A stretch of DNA of 64,000 nucleotides from Bacteroidia bacterium (lineage in GTDB: Bacteria > Bacteroidota > Bacteroidia > NS11-12g > UBA9320), in the NCBI GenBank assembly GCA_965216465.1, contig CBDCFW010000003.1:224001-288000 (forward strand), written 5' to 3'. Below are positions 51,209-59,968 of this stretch, in pieces. The position numbers were made by a program, and so were the translations under genes. How positions within the stretch are numbered: position 1 is the stretch's first letter; each line of letters opens with the position of its first letter. The notes under the pieces were generated by a model. The model had not been told where the DNA came from. It did no database searches and saw nothing but the letters and a program-made list of their open reading frames with translations.

Positions 51209-52348
51209 ATGGATTCGTTAACCCAAATTGTTCTTGGAGCTGCCGTTGGTGAAGTTGTACTTGGCAGAAAAGTCGGAAATAAAGCTATGTTATGGGGTGC
51301 CATTGCAGGTACCATTCCAGATCTTGATGTGTATCAAGGTTTGATCTTCGATGGTTTACGAGCAAGCGAGCTGCATCGGGGAGTTTCACACTCCTTGTTA
51401 TTTAGTATTTTCATCGCACCTGTATTAGCGTGGCTGATAAAACACAAAGAAAAAGGCTTTCTTATTGCAATTTTGGGCATCATTTTAGGTTATCCTATTT
51501 TGAGTATGGATAATATCTCAGGTCGCTTAATAATTGGAGGGATCTATGCTGCATTAGCCTATGTGATCTATCGATCAAAGTTTAACAGTGAATCTGCTTC
51601 ACGAAAAGATTGGACGAAGCTGGCATTTTGGGCATTGGTTACCCATCCTTTATTAGACTGCCACACCACTTGGGGAACTCAGTTTTTATGGCCTTTGCCG
51701 CATCGCCTTGCATGGAATAACATTTTTGTTGCAGACCCAGCATACACCATACCTTTTTTGATTTTTGTTGCTTTGGCGATGTTCTATAGAAGAGAGTCGC
51801 GTACACGTAGAAGATTGAATGCGATTGGAATTGCTGTAAGTTCACTCTATATGGTTTGGACACTAGGAGTGAAGTGGCACGTTCATACTGTATTTACAAA
51901 AAGCTTAAATGAGCAACATCTCTTGTTTTCAAGACTTACAACGGTACCCACTCCGTTTAACAGTATACTATGGTCGGGAACAGCAGAGAGTGATAGCAGT
52001 TATCATGTAGGTCTTTATTCACTATTGGATAAAGATCAAGAAATTAAGTTTCACGAAGTGGAACATGACCACCATAAATTAGCTGATTTAGAGGATGAAG
52101 ATGTGGTAAAAAGAGTTAAGTTTTTAGCCAAAGAGTGGTACGTTGTGACCAAAGATAGCAACGATTTGGTTATGTATGATGCCCGTTATGGGCCAATGTT
52201 TACGAGTTTAGATGGTGAACCAAAGTATGCATTTGGATATCGACTCGTAAATAAAGAAGGAGAGTGGGTCGCCGAATCTGTAGAGCCCAAAGATCTTAAG
52301 ATGGATGGCATGTTTGATGCGTTAATTAAACGTATTCAGGGCGAATAA
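51209..52348 (+). CDS. YdjM-like membrane metal-dependent hydrolase
   Basis: MDSLTQ.VLGAA; PDLD; HRG.SHS; THPLLD..T.WG. Confidence 0.88.
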   Translation: MDSLTQIVLGAAVGEVVLGRKVGNKAMLWGAIAGTIPDLDVYQGLIFDGLRASELHRGVSHSLLFSIFIAPVLAWLIKHKEKGFLIAILGIILGYPILSMDNISGRLIIGGIYAALAYVIYRSKFNSESASRKDWTKLAFWALVTHPLLDCHTTWGTQFLWPLPHRLAWNNIFVADPAYTIPFLIFVALAMFYRRESRTRRRLNAIGIAVSSLYMVWTLGVKWHVHTVFTKSLNEQHLLFSRLTTVPTPFNSILWSGTAESDSSYHVGLYSLLDKDQEIKFHEVEHDHHKLADLEDEDVVKRVKFLAKEWYVVTKDSNDLVMYDARYGPMFTSLDGEPKYAFGYRLVNKEGEWVAESVEPKDLKMDGMFDALIKRIQGE

Positions 52349-52374
52349 AAAAAGGAGACCGAAGCCTCCTTTTC
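52347..52374. terminator. Intrinsic terminator between convergent genes
   Basis: AAAAGGAG...CTCCTTTT hairpin. Confidence 0.7.
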
Positions 52375-52394
52375 GTTGATTTCTTTTAGCATTC

Positions 52395-52874
52395 TTATGG
52401 CCATGCACAGATTATTCCGCCCATTATGGTTATAGTAATAGTCCAATATCCGGCGTTTATCCAGATATATTTCCAGCCCTTTTGCTCAAATAAAGCATTG
52501 GTACCTAAAATTGGAAGAACTAAGAAAACTGACGTGATGAAACCATGAAAAGCCCCATGCTTGAATGTTCTAAAAGCGTCACCTTTTTCTCCCAGTACTT
52601 GTGCAAACAGGTCGTTTTCCCAGTCTTGAAAGAAAAGCGATTGTAATCCAAGCTGGTGAATCACTACTGACTGTAAAATAATGGCTAACATCAATGAAAA
52701 TAAAAAGCTAACTCCGAAAATTACGGCCATGTTTCCTTCTTTAGCCTTTTCTTCGGTCATGCCTGTAACTTTCATCCAAGCCCCTCCAACTACCTTTTTG
52801 TGGTAGTAAATAAAACCGATTACCATCGGTACTAAAGCTGCTACAATAAGAGCAGCCCAGTTAAATTCTATCAT
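52395..52874 (-). CDS. DUF1761 family membrane protein
   Basis: NW.A..VAA...GFIYY...G..WM; FRTFKHG; INAGYW; start set to ATG 52874. Confidence 0.85.
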   Translation of the reverse strand: MIEFNWAALIVAALVPMVIGFIYYHKKVVGGAWMKVTGMTEEKAKEGNMAVIFGVSFLFSLMLAIILQSVVIHQLGLQSLFFQDWENDLFAQVLGEKGDAFRTFKHGAFHGFITSVFLVLPILGTNALFEQKGWKYIWINAGYWTITITIMGGIICAWP

Positions 52875-52916
52875 ATTTAATATTTGTTGGTTCTTTACAA
52901 ATATATGTAAGTACAA

Positions 52917-53525
52917 CTAAAGTCCTAAAGCTAACAGAATCAGCCGAATAGAAAACCCAAGTAGAATAAATCCAATTGTTTTGTACGCAATAAGTAACGT
53001 TTTTTCCTTTAAATAGGGCTTAATTTTATGGGCTAAGAACGACTTGAGTAAGTCAGTAGTAAAGATGCCAACTAAGATCGCGACGAGAAAGATATATAAG
53101 TTGGTTTCTTGGTAGTTATTTCTTCCAATGGTTATGAAGCCAATCCATACGACAAACACAAAGGGGTTTACTCCGTTAACCAATAATCCTTGTGTAAAAT
53201 AGCCGAGGTAATCGCGTTTTCGTATTTTCTCTTCACCGTTTGATTTAAACAACACAGGTCGAAGAATGTATTTGAGTCCAAGAGCAATCAGAATTGCCGC
53301 ACCAACCCATTTAACTATGGGTTCTGACTTAATGCTTTCGAGTAATGATGCTGTACTAAAGAAACAGATATATAGAACAATTATATCGCTAACTATGATT
53401 CCTAACGCGGTAGAAACTCCAGCTTTTTGTCCGAATTGAACGGCATTTTTGATCAGTGTAAAGAATACGGGCCCTAAGAATAATGCGGTTCCCAAGCCAA
53501 GAAGTAAACCTTTGATAAAGGGCAT
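52917..53525 (-). CDS. LysE family translocator
   Basis: GPVFF......G.KAG...ALG...SD; G...N..NP....W. Confidence 0.85.
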   Translation of the reverse strand: MPFIKGLLLGLGTALFLGPVFFTLIKNAVQFGQKAGVSTALGIIVSDIIVLYICFFSTASLLESIKSEPIVKWVGAAILIALGLKYILRPVLFKSNGEEKIRKRDYLGYFTQGLLVNGVNPFVFVVWIGFITIGRNNYQETNLYIFLVAILVGIFTTDLLKSFLAHKIKPYLKEKTLLIAYKTIGFILLGFSIRLILLALGL

Positions 53526-53539
53526 GCACAAAGAAAACA

Positions 53540-53569
53540 AAAAAAGCCCACAAAGCGAACATTGTGGGC
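53540..53569 (-). terminator. Intrinsic terminator after SnoaL-like gene
   Basis: GCCCACAA/TTGTGGGC stem with minus-strand U tail. Confidence 0.7.
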
Positions 53570-53590
53570 GACCAGAAAATGTGTGAAGTA

Positions 53591-53956
53591 TTACGCGTTT
53601 ACTTCATAGAAAAATTGCTCTTTAACAATTTTACCATCTTTAACTTCATAGAGGCAGATTTCGTCCATTTGGGCACGATTGCCATCTTTGAAAGTAATGT
53701 CGTTCCACATTCTGCAGGTGAAGTAGTTTCCTGCAATTATGGGTTCTGATACTTCGGCACCGTGCATTTCTTGCACCATGTCGTTCCACTGTTTTCCTTT
53801 AGCTGCGAATTCTTCCATGCCCTGAGCTACTTCCCATTGAGCACCTTTAGGTTCTTGACTAATAGCGTCTGGACTGAAGAGTTCGGCGTAACATTTTTCA
53901 AATTGCCCTGTGCGGCAATAGGTTACGAGTTTGTTTGCAATTTCTTGTGTCGTCAT
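53591..53956 (-). CDS. SnoaL-like (NTF2 fold) protein
   Basis: EL.S.DA.S.EP; M.E...Y.VKDGKIV.EQFFY. Confidence 0.88.
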   Translation of the reverse strand: MTTQEIANKLVTYCRTGQFEKCYAELFSPDAISQEPKGAQWEVAQGMEEFAAKGKQWNDMVQEMHGAEVSEPIIAGNYFTCRMWNDITFKDGNRAQMDEICLYEVKDGKIVKEQFFYEVNA

Positions 53957-54088
53957 TGTTAATATAATTATCAAATTGTATGATCATAATATAGTCATGA
54001 AAATTGAAGCACAAAGAGAAATTCCAAAATAGTTGAAATATTTTTTGGAAGCTGAGGAGTGCGTTAGGAGGGGTAAAGTATGAACTTT

Positions 54089-54376
54089 TTAGGCAGATGC
54101 TGGTTTGATGTACTTCTTATCGGCGTAAAACGTTCCAAAAGGAATAATTGCGCACAATAGCACGATTGCAAAGCTGCGGTTATCCCACTTCAATCGATCG
54201 CGAAGTACTATAGCAAGAAAGAGGTAAATGATGAATAAAACACCGTGGGGCATGCCTAGGGCTTTTACCCATGAGTCATTGTTAGCTAGATACTTAAGTG
54301 GACTTCCTACAAGAGCAAGAAGGATAAGCGAAATACCTTCTAAGTAGCTTATAATTCTGAAAAAATTGACAATCAT
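54089..54376 (-). CDS. DUF3817 family membrane protein
   Basis: FR...YLEG.S; G..HG.LF..Y; IPFGTF. Confidence 0.88.
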   Translation of the reverse strand: MIVNFFRIISYLEGISLILLALVGSPLKYLANNDSWVKALGMPHGVLFIIYLFLAIVLRDRLKWDNRSFAIVLLCAIIPFGTFYADKKYIKPASA

Positions 54377-54432
54377 TTTAGTGTTGACAAAACTAGTAGA
54401 AATATTGGTACAAGGCAGCCTAATTTTGTACC

Positions 54433-54529
54433 GTTAACAAAGTTAAGTAGTAGAACGCTTTTGTGTTTTATTTTAAAATTTTGTTACTAATAATGGTTAG
54501 AGGGCCTGGGTGCAAACCCAGGCCTTTTT
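54433..54529 (+). ncRNA. Putative small RNA
   Basis: TAATTTTG -7 box at 54421-54428; no meaningful ORF; ends in GGCCTGGG/CCCAGGCC-T5 terminator. Confidence 0.5.
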
Positions 54530-54710
54530 ATTAGGATGTTTTTATGATTCTTACCCAATTTTGAGTGTTAACTTGATAATTAGGAATTAAAGGTTATATT
54601 TTTGCGTATGAGACTCATAACAAGAGGGTTAGTGTGGGTCTCAAAAATTGTTTAAAGCGTTTAACGATTTAAACTTTGTAGAGCTTGGCAGGGGGTTGGA
54701 AGTACGCTAC

Positions 54711-54825
54711 TAGAAACATAATGTGGTTATTATGTTGTTGTAAGGTGACCAAGCTCTTACATACCTTCTTATGATGGCGATTAACGGCCGGACGTACCTG
54801 CATAACGTTTAGAATTATGTTAAAT
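54711..54825 (+). other. Pair of Xer/dif-like sites with non-canonical spacers
   Basis: AACATAA-N8-TTATGTT at 54715-54736; GCATAA-N9-TTATGTTAAAT, whose right arm 54815-54825 equals the E. coli XerD arm. Confidence 0.35.
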
Positions 54826-55050
54826 CAAAAAACGCTCACCGGCAACGACAAACTCATGTACGATTTCATTAAGTCAAGTGATACCGTTTCAATCGACACG
54901 GGGTATATCACCTGGTTCTCAAAAACAAATTATTTCCGAGTGGTTTATGAGGGAGTTGACAACCTTACAGAGGATATATACTCCGAGATCGAAGCAGTAT
55001 TCGCAAGAATTTATCCTTTATATTTAGAGGATAAGATGTATCCTCATTAG
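54817..55050 (+). CDS. Hypothetical protein
   Basis: 77-aa ORF; ATG lies inside the XerD-like arm. Confidence 0.45.
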   Translation: MLNQKTLTGNDKLMYDFIKSSDTVSIDTGYITWFSKTNYFRVVYEGVDNLTEDIYSEIEAVFARIYPLYLEDKMYPH

Positions 55051-55067
55051 TGAGTTTATAACTCTAA

Positions 55068-55799
55068 CTAGTAGATTACCAGCGTTCTGACGGAAATTTT
55101 ATCATCTTGACGAATGCGAACTGCATACAAGCCGGGTTTGAGTTTTCCAAAATCGAGCTTTAGCCTGTTGCTTCCTAAATCTTCAAAAATTTGGAAGCTG
55201 TGCGTTACTCCAAGACCATCAATGAGTTCAATATCCGATTCGGTTATTGGGTTATTAGATTGTATGAATATGATTCCATTTGAAGGGTTTGGGAAAATGT
55301 TGACTTCATATTTAGGAGTGTTAATTGAAGTCGAAACTTTGTGTACTAAAGGAATAAATGGCCTATTGTCTTTTAATCTGTCAACGTAAAGTTCTGCTCT
55401 CAAAGCACGTTTGTCTGTTTGTCTTCCATAGCATTGCGGACTAATACTAAATCCAAGCAAAGCATCGCTGCTGTTTTGATCACTATTAACGAAAAGAATG
55501 TCATTCAATATAAAGTGAGCTCCAGGAACAATGTATTGACCTATTGCTTTTCGAACTTCAGGATAGTCTTCTGGAATCAAATCAAACCAAGTTTGCCAGA
55601 TAATTGTGTCGTCTGGATACAAGGTGTCAGGACCTTGATTGGTGAATAGAAATGAAATTTTCAGATTTACAGGAGATTGAATGGTCTGAAATGGGCTTGG
55701 TTCAATAAACTCCACTTTGCCGTCAATATAACGGTCAATGTACTGAGCGCTTAAATATGGACTTAAGAGGAGCGTTAAAATCGGTATTATTTCTCTCAT
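55068..55799 (-). CDS. T9SS type A secreted protein, IEPSP/TNQGPD family (paralog 3 of 4)
   Basis: Signal peptide; family motifs; FPNPSNG CTD. Confidence 0.8.
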   Translation of the reverse strand: MREIIPILTLLLSPYLSAQYIDRYIDGKVEFIEPSPFQTIQSPVNLKISFLFTNQGPDTLYPDDTIIWQTWFDLIPEDYPEVRKAIGQYIVPGAHFILNDILFVNSDQNSSDALLGFSISPQCYGRQTDKRALRAELYVDRLKDNRPFIPLVHKVSTSINTPKYEVNIFPNPSNGIIFIQSNNPITESDIELIDGLGVTHSFQIFEDLGSNRLKLDFGKLKPGLYAVRIRQDDKISVRTLVIY

Positions 55800-55885
55800 G
55801 TAAGGATTTATTTTATCATCAGTGTTTTACAGATTAAAATTTCAGCATGACCATAGCCGTAGTTATTAATATTAATCTCATGGCT

Positions 55886-56635
55886 TTATTGAATAATAAT
55901 GGGTTTAGATTCAATGTACTTATCAAGCTTGATTCGAATAATGTATAGTCCTGGACTGATGTCGCCGAAATCCAGCTTATAAGTATTGTTCATTTGGGTT
56001 TCAATTGTCCGGCAGTTGTGCTTTACTCCAAGACCATCAATGAGTTCAATACTCCAGTCAACTATTGCTTTATTCGATTGTATGAAAATGACTCCGTTTG
56101 AAGGATTTGGGAAAACGTTGATTTTATTTTCTAAATTCAGAATGGATGCAGAGTTAGGTGCTTTATGAATAAGACGAATTGCTGGTGAATTATCCTTCAT
56201 GTAATCTTCATAAAACTCAGGGTGTAACGATCTCTTGTCTGTCTGTAAACCATATGCTCGTGGTTCAATTTGAAATGTGAACAGCATATTGTCGTTATTG
56301 AATTTACTGTTAATAAAAACTGTATCAAAATATACTAAGTGTTGGTCAGGTGCAACAAAGCTACCGATTGCAACTTTTCTAATTGGAGGTAAAGATTCTT
56401 CTCTCATTGAACTATAGTAATATTGCCAGACTAGTGTGTCATCAGGGTATAAAGTGTCAGGTCCTTGGTTGGTCATTAGGAAGGAGGAAGGTAAGTAAAT
56501 AGGAGACTGGATCTCGGTTAAAGGACTAGGTTCAATAAACTCAATTTTGAGATCAGCATACCGTGGGATGAATACTTGTCCATCAGAATTCAGAAACAGA
56601 AAAATCAAGATGAGGAATATTATATTTCTATGCAT
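55886..56635 (-). CDS. T9SS type A secreted protein, IEPSP/TNQGPD family (paralog 4 of 4)
   Basis: Signal peptide; family motifs; FPNPSNG CTD. Confidence 0.8.
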   Translation of the reverse strand: MHRNIIFLILIFLFLNSDGQVFIPRYADLKIEFIEPSPLTEIQSPIYLPSSFLMTNQGPDTLYPDDTLVWQYYYSSMREESLPPIRKVAIGSFVAPDQHLVYFDTVFINSKFNNDNMLFTFQIEPRAYGLQTDKRSLHPEFYEDYMKDNSPAIRLIHKAPNSASILNLENKINVFPNPSNGVIFIQSNKAIVDWSIELIDGLGVKHNCRTIETQMNNTYKLDFGDISPGLYIIRIKLDKYIESKPIIIQ

Positions 56636-56639
56636 GGTA

Positions 56640-57566
56640 TTATTTTTTTAGTTGGTTAAAATTTTCGTTTTTTTCGTCAATGTCTTTTTGAGTCGAGCAC
56701 TTGCAACATATTTCAATTGGTATTTCGATATGTAGGTCAGGGCATTCATCAGGTGATTTATTTATGCACGGAAGAATAGCTATATTTAATCTATAGCTCT
56801 TGCAACCTTTGGGCACTGAATTATCATCTACTTGTGATTGATCTTGATTATGATAAGTTTTGCAGTGTCTCTGTAAATGTGAAACATTTTCAGATCTACC
56901 CAATCTATATCTTTCCGAAAGTTTAGCCCAACCCAGGTCAACTTCATCTTTTGGAGTGCCTATAGTTATAGAAGTTGTACCACAAAACCCATCCAAATTC
57001 ACTATGGCATCCAACTTAAAGTCCTTGAACGTTCTGCATTTGCGTGTATCAATGGTGTAGATGTCTTCAGGTTTTATAATGTTTAAGGTTGTGGTTGTAC
57101 CTGTTTTCTTACCGAATTGATCTTCTTCAATGATGGTTGTTACCTCAATGCGATGCACATCATCCTCAAATTCGAACCAGTTGTTGTTGAACGAACCGTC
57201 TTCTTCGAGAATCATATCAATAATGTTTACCTTTTTGGGAATGTATTCCATCCGAAGAGAGTCATACCAATTAACTAATGCTGGACCTTTTTGGTGGTCT
57301 CCTAGATCGAGGCCTTCATAATTGTGAGAAATAGAATTTCCTGCAGCGTCGTATAGTTCAATATAGACATAATCGAGATTGTTGCTCGATAAAGCTTGCC
57401 TGAATCGGAAGGATGCATCAAGCACGTTGTAGGAATTTCCATCGAGCTCTATCGACTGGTAGCAGTTTTCGAGCCGAGAGTTTGCGAATCCATCGCGTTG
57501 TGCAAAAGAGTGTAGGGTTATGAAATAGAGGATTAAGCTTGAAGAAAGTTTAATGGCTGTTTTCAT
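56640..57566 (-). CDS. Secreted cysteine-rich hypothetical protein (paralog of 5422..6333)
   Basis: Signal peptide; 10 Cys align with the 5422 ORF. Confidence 0.8.
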   Translation of the reverse strand: MKTAIKLSSSLILYFITLHSFAQRDGFANSRLENCYQSIELDGNSYNVLDASFRFRQALSSNNLDYVYIELYDAAGNSISHNYEGLDLGDHQKGPALVNWYDSLRMEYIPKKVNIIDMILEEDGSFNNNWFEFEDDVHRIEVTTIIEEDQFGKKTGTTTTLNIIKPEDIYTIDTRKCRTFKDFKLDAIVNLDGFCGTTSITIGTPKDEVDLGWAKLSERYRLGRSENVSHLQRHCKTYHNQDQSQVDDNSVPKGCKSYRLNIAILPCINKSPDECPDLHIEIPIEICCKCSTQKDIDEKNENFNQLKK

Positions 57567-57570
57567 ACTA

Positions 57571-57622
57571 CAAGGCTAGGAGAGGGGCAAGCCTGATTTT
57601 GTAGTAAATCATTGAACTTGAG
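57571..57622 (-). promoter_or_regulatory. -7 box plus conserved 24-bp upstream motif of cassette copy 2
   Basis: Minus strand TAGCCTTG 4 nt before ATG; TTGTAGTAAATCATTGAACTTGAG at 57599-57622. Confidence 0.65.
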
Positions 57623-57656
57623 AAGCGGCCATTTTGACCAACAAACGAGCAATAAC

Positions 57657-57741
57657 AAAAAAGCCGCTCCAGTAGGAACGGCCCGTTTTAAGGTTAGTTA
57701 GGTTAAATTTTCATATGGCTAGAGTTTTCTAGGGGTATGTC
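57657..57741 (-). ncRNA. Putative sRNA A (carries UAACCUAACUAACC)
   Basis: Minus-strand TATCTTTG box at 57746-57753; terminator GCCGTTCC-tact-GGAGCGGC-T6. Confidence 0.5.
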
Positions 57742-57921
57742 ATTTCAAAGATAAGAAGAGGTTATAGGAGCAGATATATACATTTCTATATAAAAAAGTG
57801 TGTAAAAGGATATTTGCTGTAGACTGAGCAAATACCATTGATGATGGGCTTTTAGGTGGTAATGTGGGTATAACATGACAGTTTTATTTGAAACTTAGCA
57901 ACATAACAAATACTATTGCCG

Positions 57922-58018
57922 CAATCTTAACTAGGGGTTAGTTTAGGTTAGTACTAATATTATAGTTAAGGTTATAATTTATAGCCATCCTGTTTTAGGT
58001 TATCGGGATGGCTTTTTT
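57922..58018 (+). ncRNA. Putative sRNA B (carries GGUUAGUUUAGGUUAG)
   Basis: TTTG(57887)-N20-TACTATTG(57911) promoter; terminator AGCCATCCTG/CGGGATGGCT-T run. Confidence 0.55.
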
Positions 58019-58095
58019 GTGCCTGAAACACGCAAGTTTTGTCTGGCGAAGCCCTAAATGAATGATATAAGCTCCACAAATGCTACATTCGGAAA

Positions 58096-58395
58096 GTGTT
58101 AGTCAAAATCTTACAAGACAGAACAGATCGAAAGCCGCCGAATAACTTGTCGTGGTTGGAGTGGTGGAAGCAGCAAAAAAGTGTCAGTACAGCGAATGTC
58201 CGGTGTAGAGCGACAGGCTGTATAAACTACGCTAGTCAAGCTTCACAGGTTATAAGTTGTGATGCTCGCAGCACAGCACGAAGGTGGTATATTGTACCCT
58301 TATGTGCATCGCATATTAAGCAAGAAGACTGTTTTAATGTGCCGCATGGGCAGCTTGAGGGGTATAATGCGTGCACAAAACTAGTTAAGTTATGA
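58096..58395 (+). CDS. Small Cys-rich hypothetical protein (SWL..W...C...GC...WYIVPLC)
   Basis: 99 aa; TACATTCG box 4 nt before GTG. Confidence 0.65.
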   Translation: MLVKILQDRTDRKPPNNLSWLEWWKQQKSVSTANVRCRATGCINYASQASQVISCDARSTARRWYIVPLCASHIKQEDCFNVPHGQLEGYNACTKLVKL

Positions 58396-58547
58396 AATTT
58401 AGTTAACGAAGATGGGCATTACATTGGAATTTGGCGATTTGAGCAAGCTATATTTTGAATAGAATCAGATGTTAATGTATTAATGTTACATGAAATAATG
58501 TGCTTTTATATAACGTAGAGAACACCGCATTAAGATAGGTTTGTAAT

Positions 58548-59477
58548 ATGAGTAGTGAGAGTACAAATTGGGTAGAGTCATTTTACGATGCATTAAAGGA
58601 AAGAGTTAAAAGTCCATATACTGGGGCGTATATATTTTCATGGATAGGGTATAATTATGATTTGTTCATATTATTATTTTTCGTGGATGGAACAAAAAAG
58701 GGATTAGACAAGATTGAAGAAGCTAAAAGAATACTTGGAAATTCATTCATCGCTGATTTGGATAAAGATTTTGGATTTTGGGGAACGTTCTGGATTCCTG
58801 CAGTTGCCGCATTAACATTGATGTTGCTATTTCCAATTATTAATATGGCTGCATCTATGTATAGTAATTGGATGAAGAAGGTTACTCGATCCAAAATATT
58901 AAAGCAAGGGAAGAAGTTTACTGTTTCAGGCGAGGAATATTTTGATAAACTAATGGAAATTCAGAGGTTAAATGATGAAGCAATTGCAGAATCAAAAAGA
59001 GTCCAAGAATTATCAAATATTTGGAAGAAAGAAAAGAAGGAGAGTGAGAGAGTAAAAGATAAGTATATTATGTTGATTAGAGCAGAATCCGCGATTAAGG
59101 AACCCTATCAATTTGCGACAGATGGAATAATTCTAGATCATTATATACGTGGCAAAGAAATAGGTGAACATATGGAAGCACTTAGAACGTTTTATATTTT
59201 GTACGGGGCAATGAAGGGTTTTATAAATAGAGATGAGGAAGTACTGACGTCGATCATATATTCTAAATGGGCTACTAGATTCGAAACTGATGGAATATTT
59301 GTTTATGAAATAGAAACAAAATTAACAGGACGCACAGGATTGGCTAATGTAGTTAGAGTAAATGTATTAAGAGGAACTAGATTTAAGAAGACTGGTTTAG
59401 CTTTGCTAGTCAGAATGTTGATAAAAGAGGAATACCAAGAGATATATAAAAGGGCAAGTTTAAATGATTTGGGATGA
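58548..59477 (+). CDS. Membrane plus coiled-coil hypothetical protein
   Basis: ERVKSP..GA.IFSW...N N-terminus; two TMs; coiled segment. Confidence 0.75.
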   Translation: MSSESTNWVESFYDALKERVKSPYTGAYIFSWIGYNYDLFILLFFVDGTKKGLDKIEEAKRILGNSFIADLDKDFGFWGTFWIPAVAALTLMLLFPIINMAASMYSNWMKKVTRSKILKQGKKFTVSGEEYFDKLMEIQRLNDEAIAESKRVQELSNIWKKEKKESERVKDKYIMLIRAESAIKEPYQFATDGIILDHYIRGKEIGEHMEALRTFYILYGAMKGFINRDEEVLTSIIYSKWATRFETDGIFVYEIETKLTGRTGLANVVRVNVLRGTRFKKTGLALLVRMLIKEEYQEIYKRASLNDLG

Positions 59478-59489
59478 TAATTTTGCGAT

Positions 59490-59771
59490 ATGGATACAAT
59501 AAATAAAGAAGAATTTGCGGCCCTATTTGGAATGATAGGATGGATGTGTAATGAGCTTGCAATGATAAAGGGAATGAATCAAGTCCTGCTAAAAATGATT
59601 GCAACTGACAAGGGTTTTGAATTAGAAAATGTGAAAAAAGAGATAGAGTCTTTTTATGCATCTTACAATTTGATCAGTGCAGACAAGCTAGACCAAATAG
59701 TGAGATATGCAACAGATGAAGATTATAGGAATGAACAAGGTGCCGACTTCTATAAGAAGTTATTTAAGTGA
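59490..59771 (+). CDS. Hypothetical protein
   Basis: 93 aa; TAATTTTG box 4 nt before ATG. Confidence 0.65.
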   Translation: MDTINKEEFAALFGMIGWMCNELAMIKGMNQVLLKMIATDKGFELENVKKEIESFYASYNLISADKLDQIVRYATDEDYRNEQGADFYKKLFK

Positions 59772-59968
59772 TATCAAATACCCGACTTCCTAAAGATCTG
59801 CAGCTGAAAATACGATATCAATTTGTATTTCGGAAACCAGGAGCTTCAGGAGAAAATGACATCATTTAATCTTCTGAACCTCTCATAAATGATTAAGGAA
59901 GTTCTGGATCCACAAACTGTAGAATCAAGATAGGCCCTATAAACAGGGGCAATTTATATATTTGAGTT

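Noticed and set aside
57896-57923. Reverse-strand dif-like site TGCGGCAATAG-TATTTG-TTATGTTGCTA
   Set aside because: Poor XerC arm; better explained as the -33/-7 promoter of sRNA B, though not fully excluded
58463-58491. dif-like GTTAA-TGTAT-TAATGTTACAT
   Set aside because: Wrong spacing and weak arms; likely a chance AT-rich match
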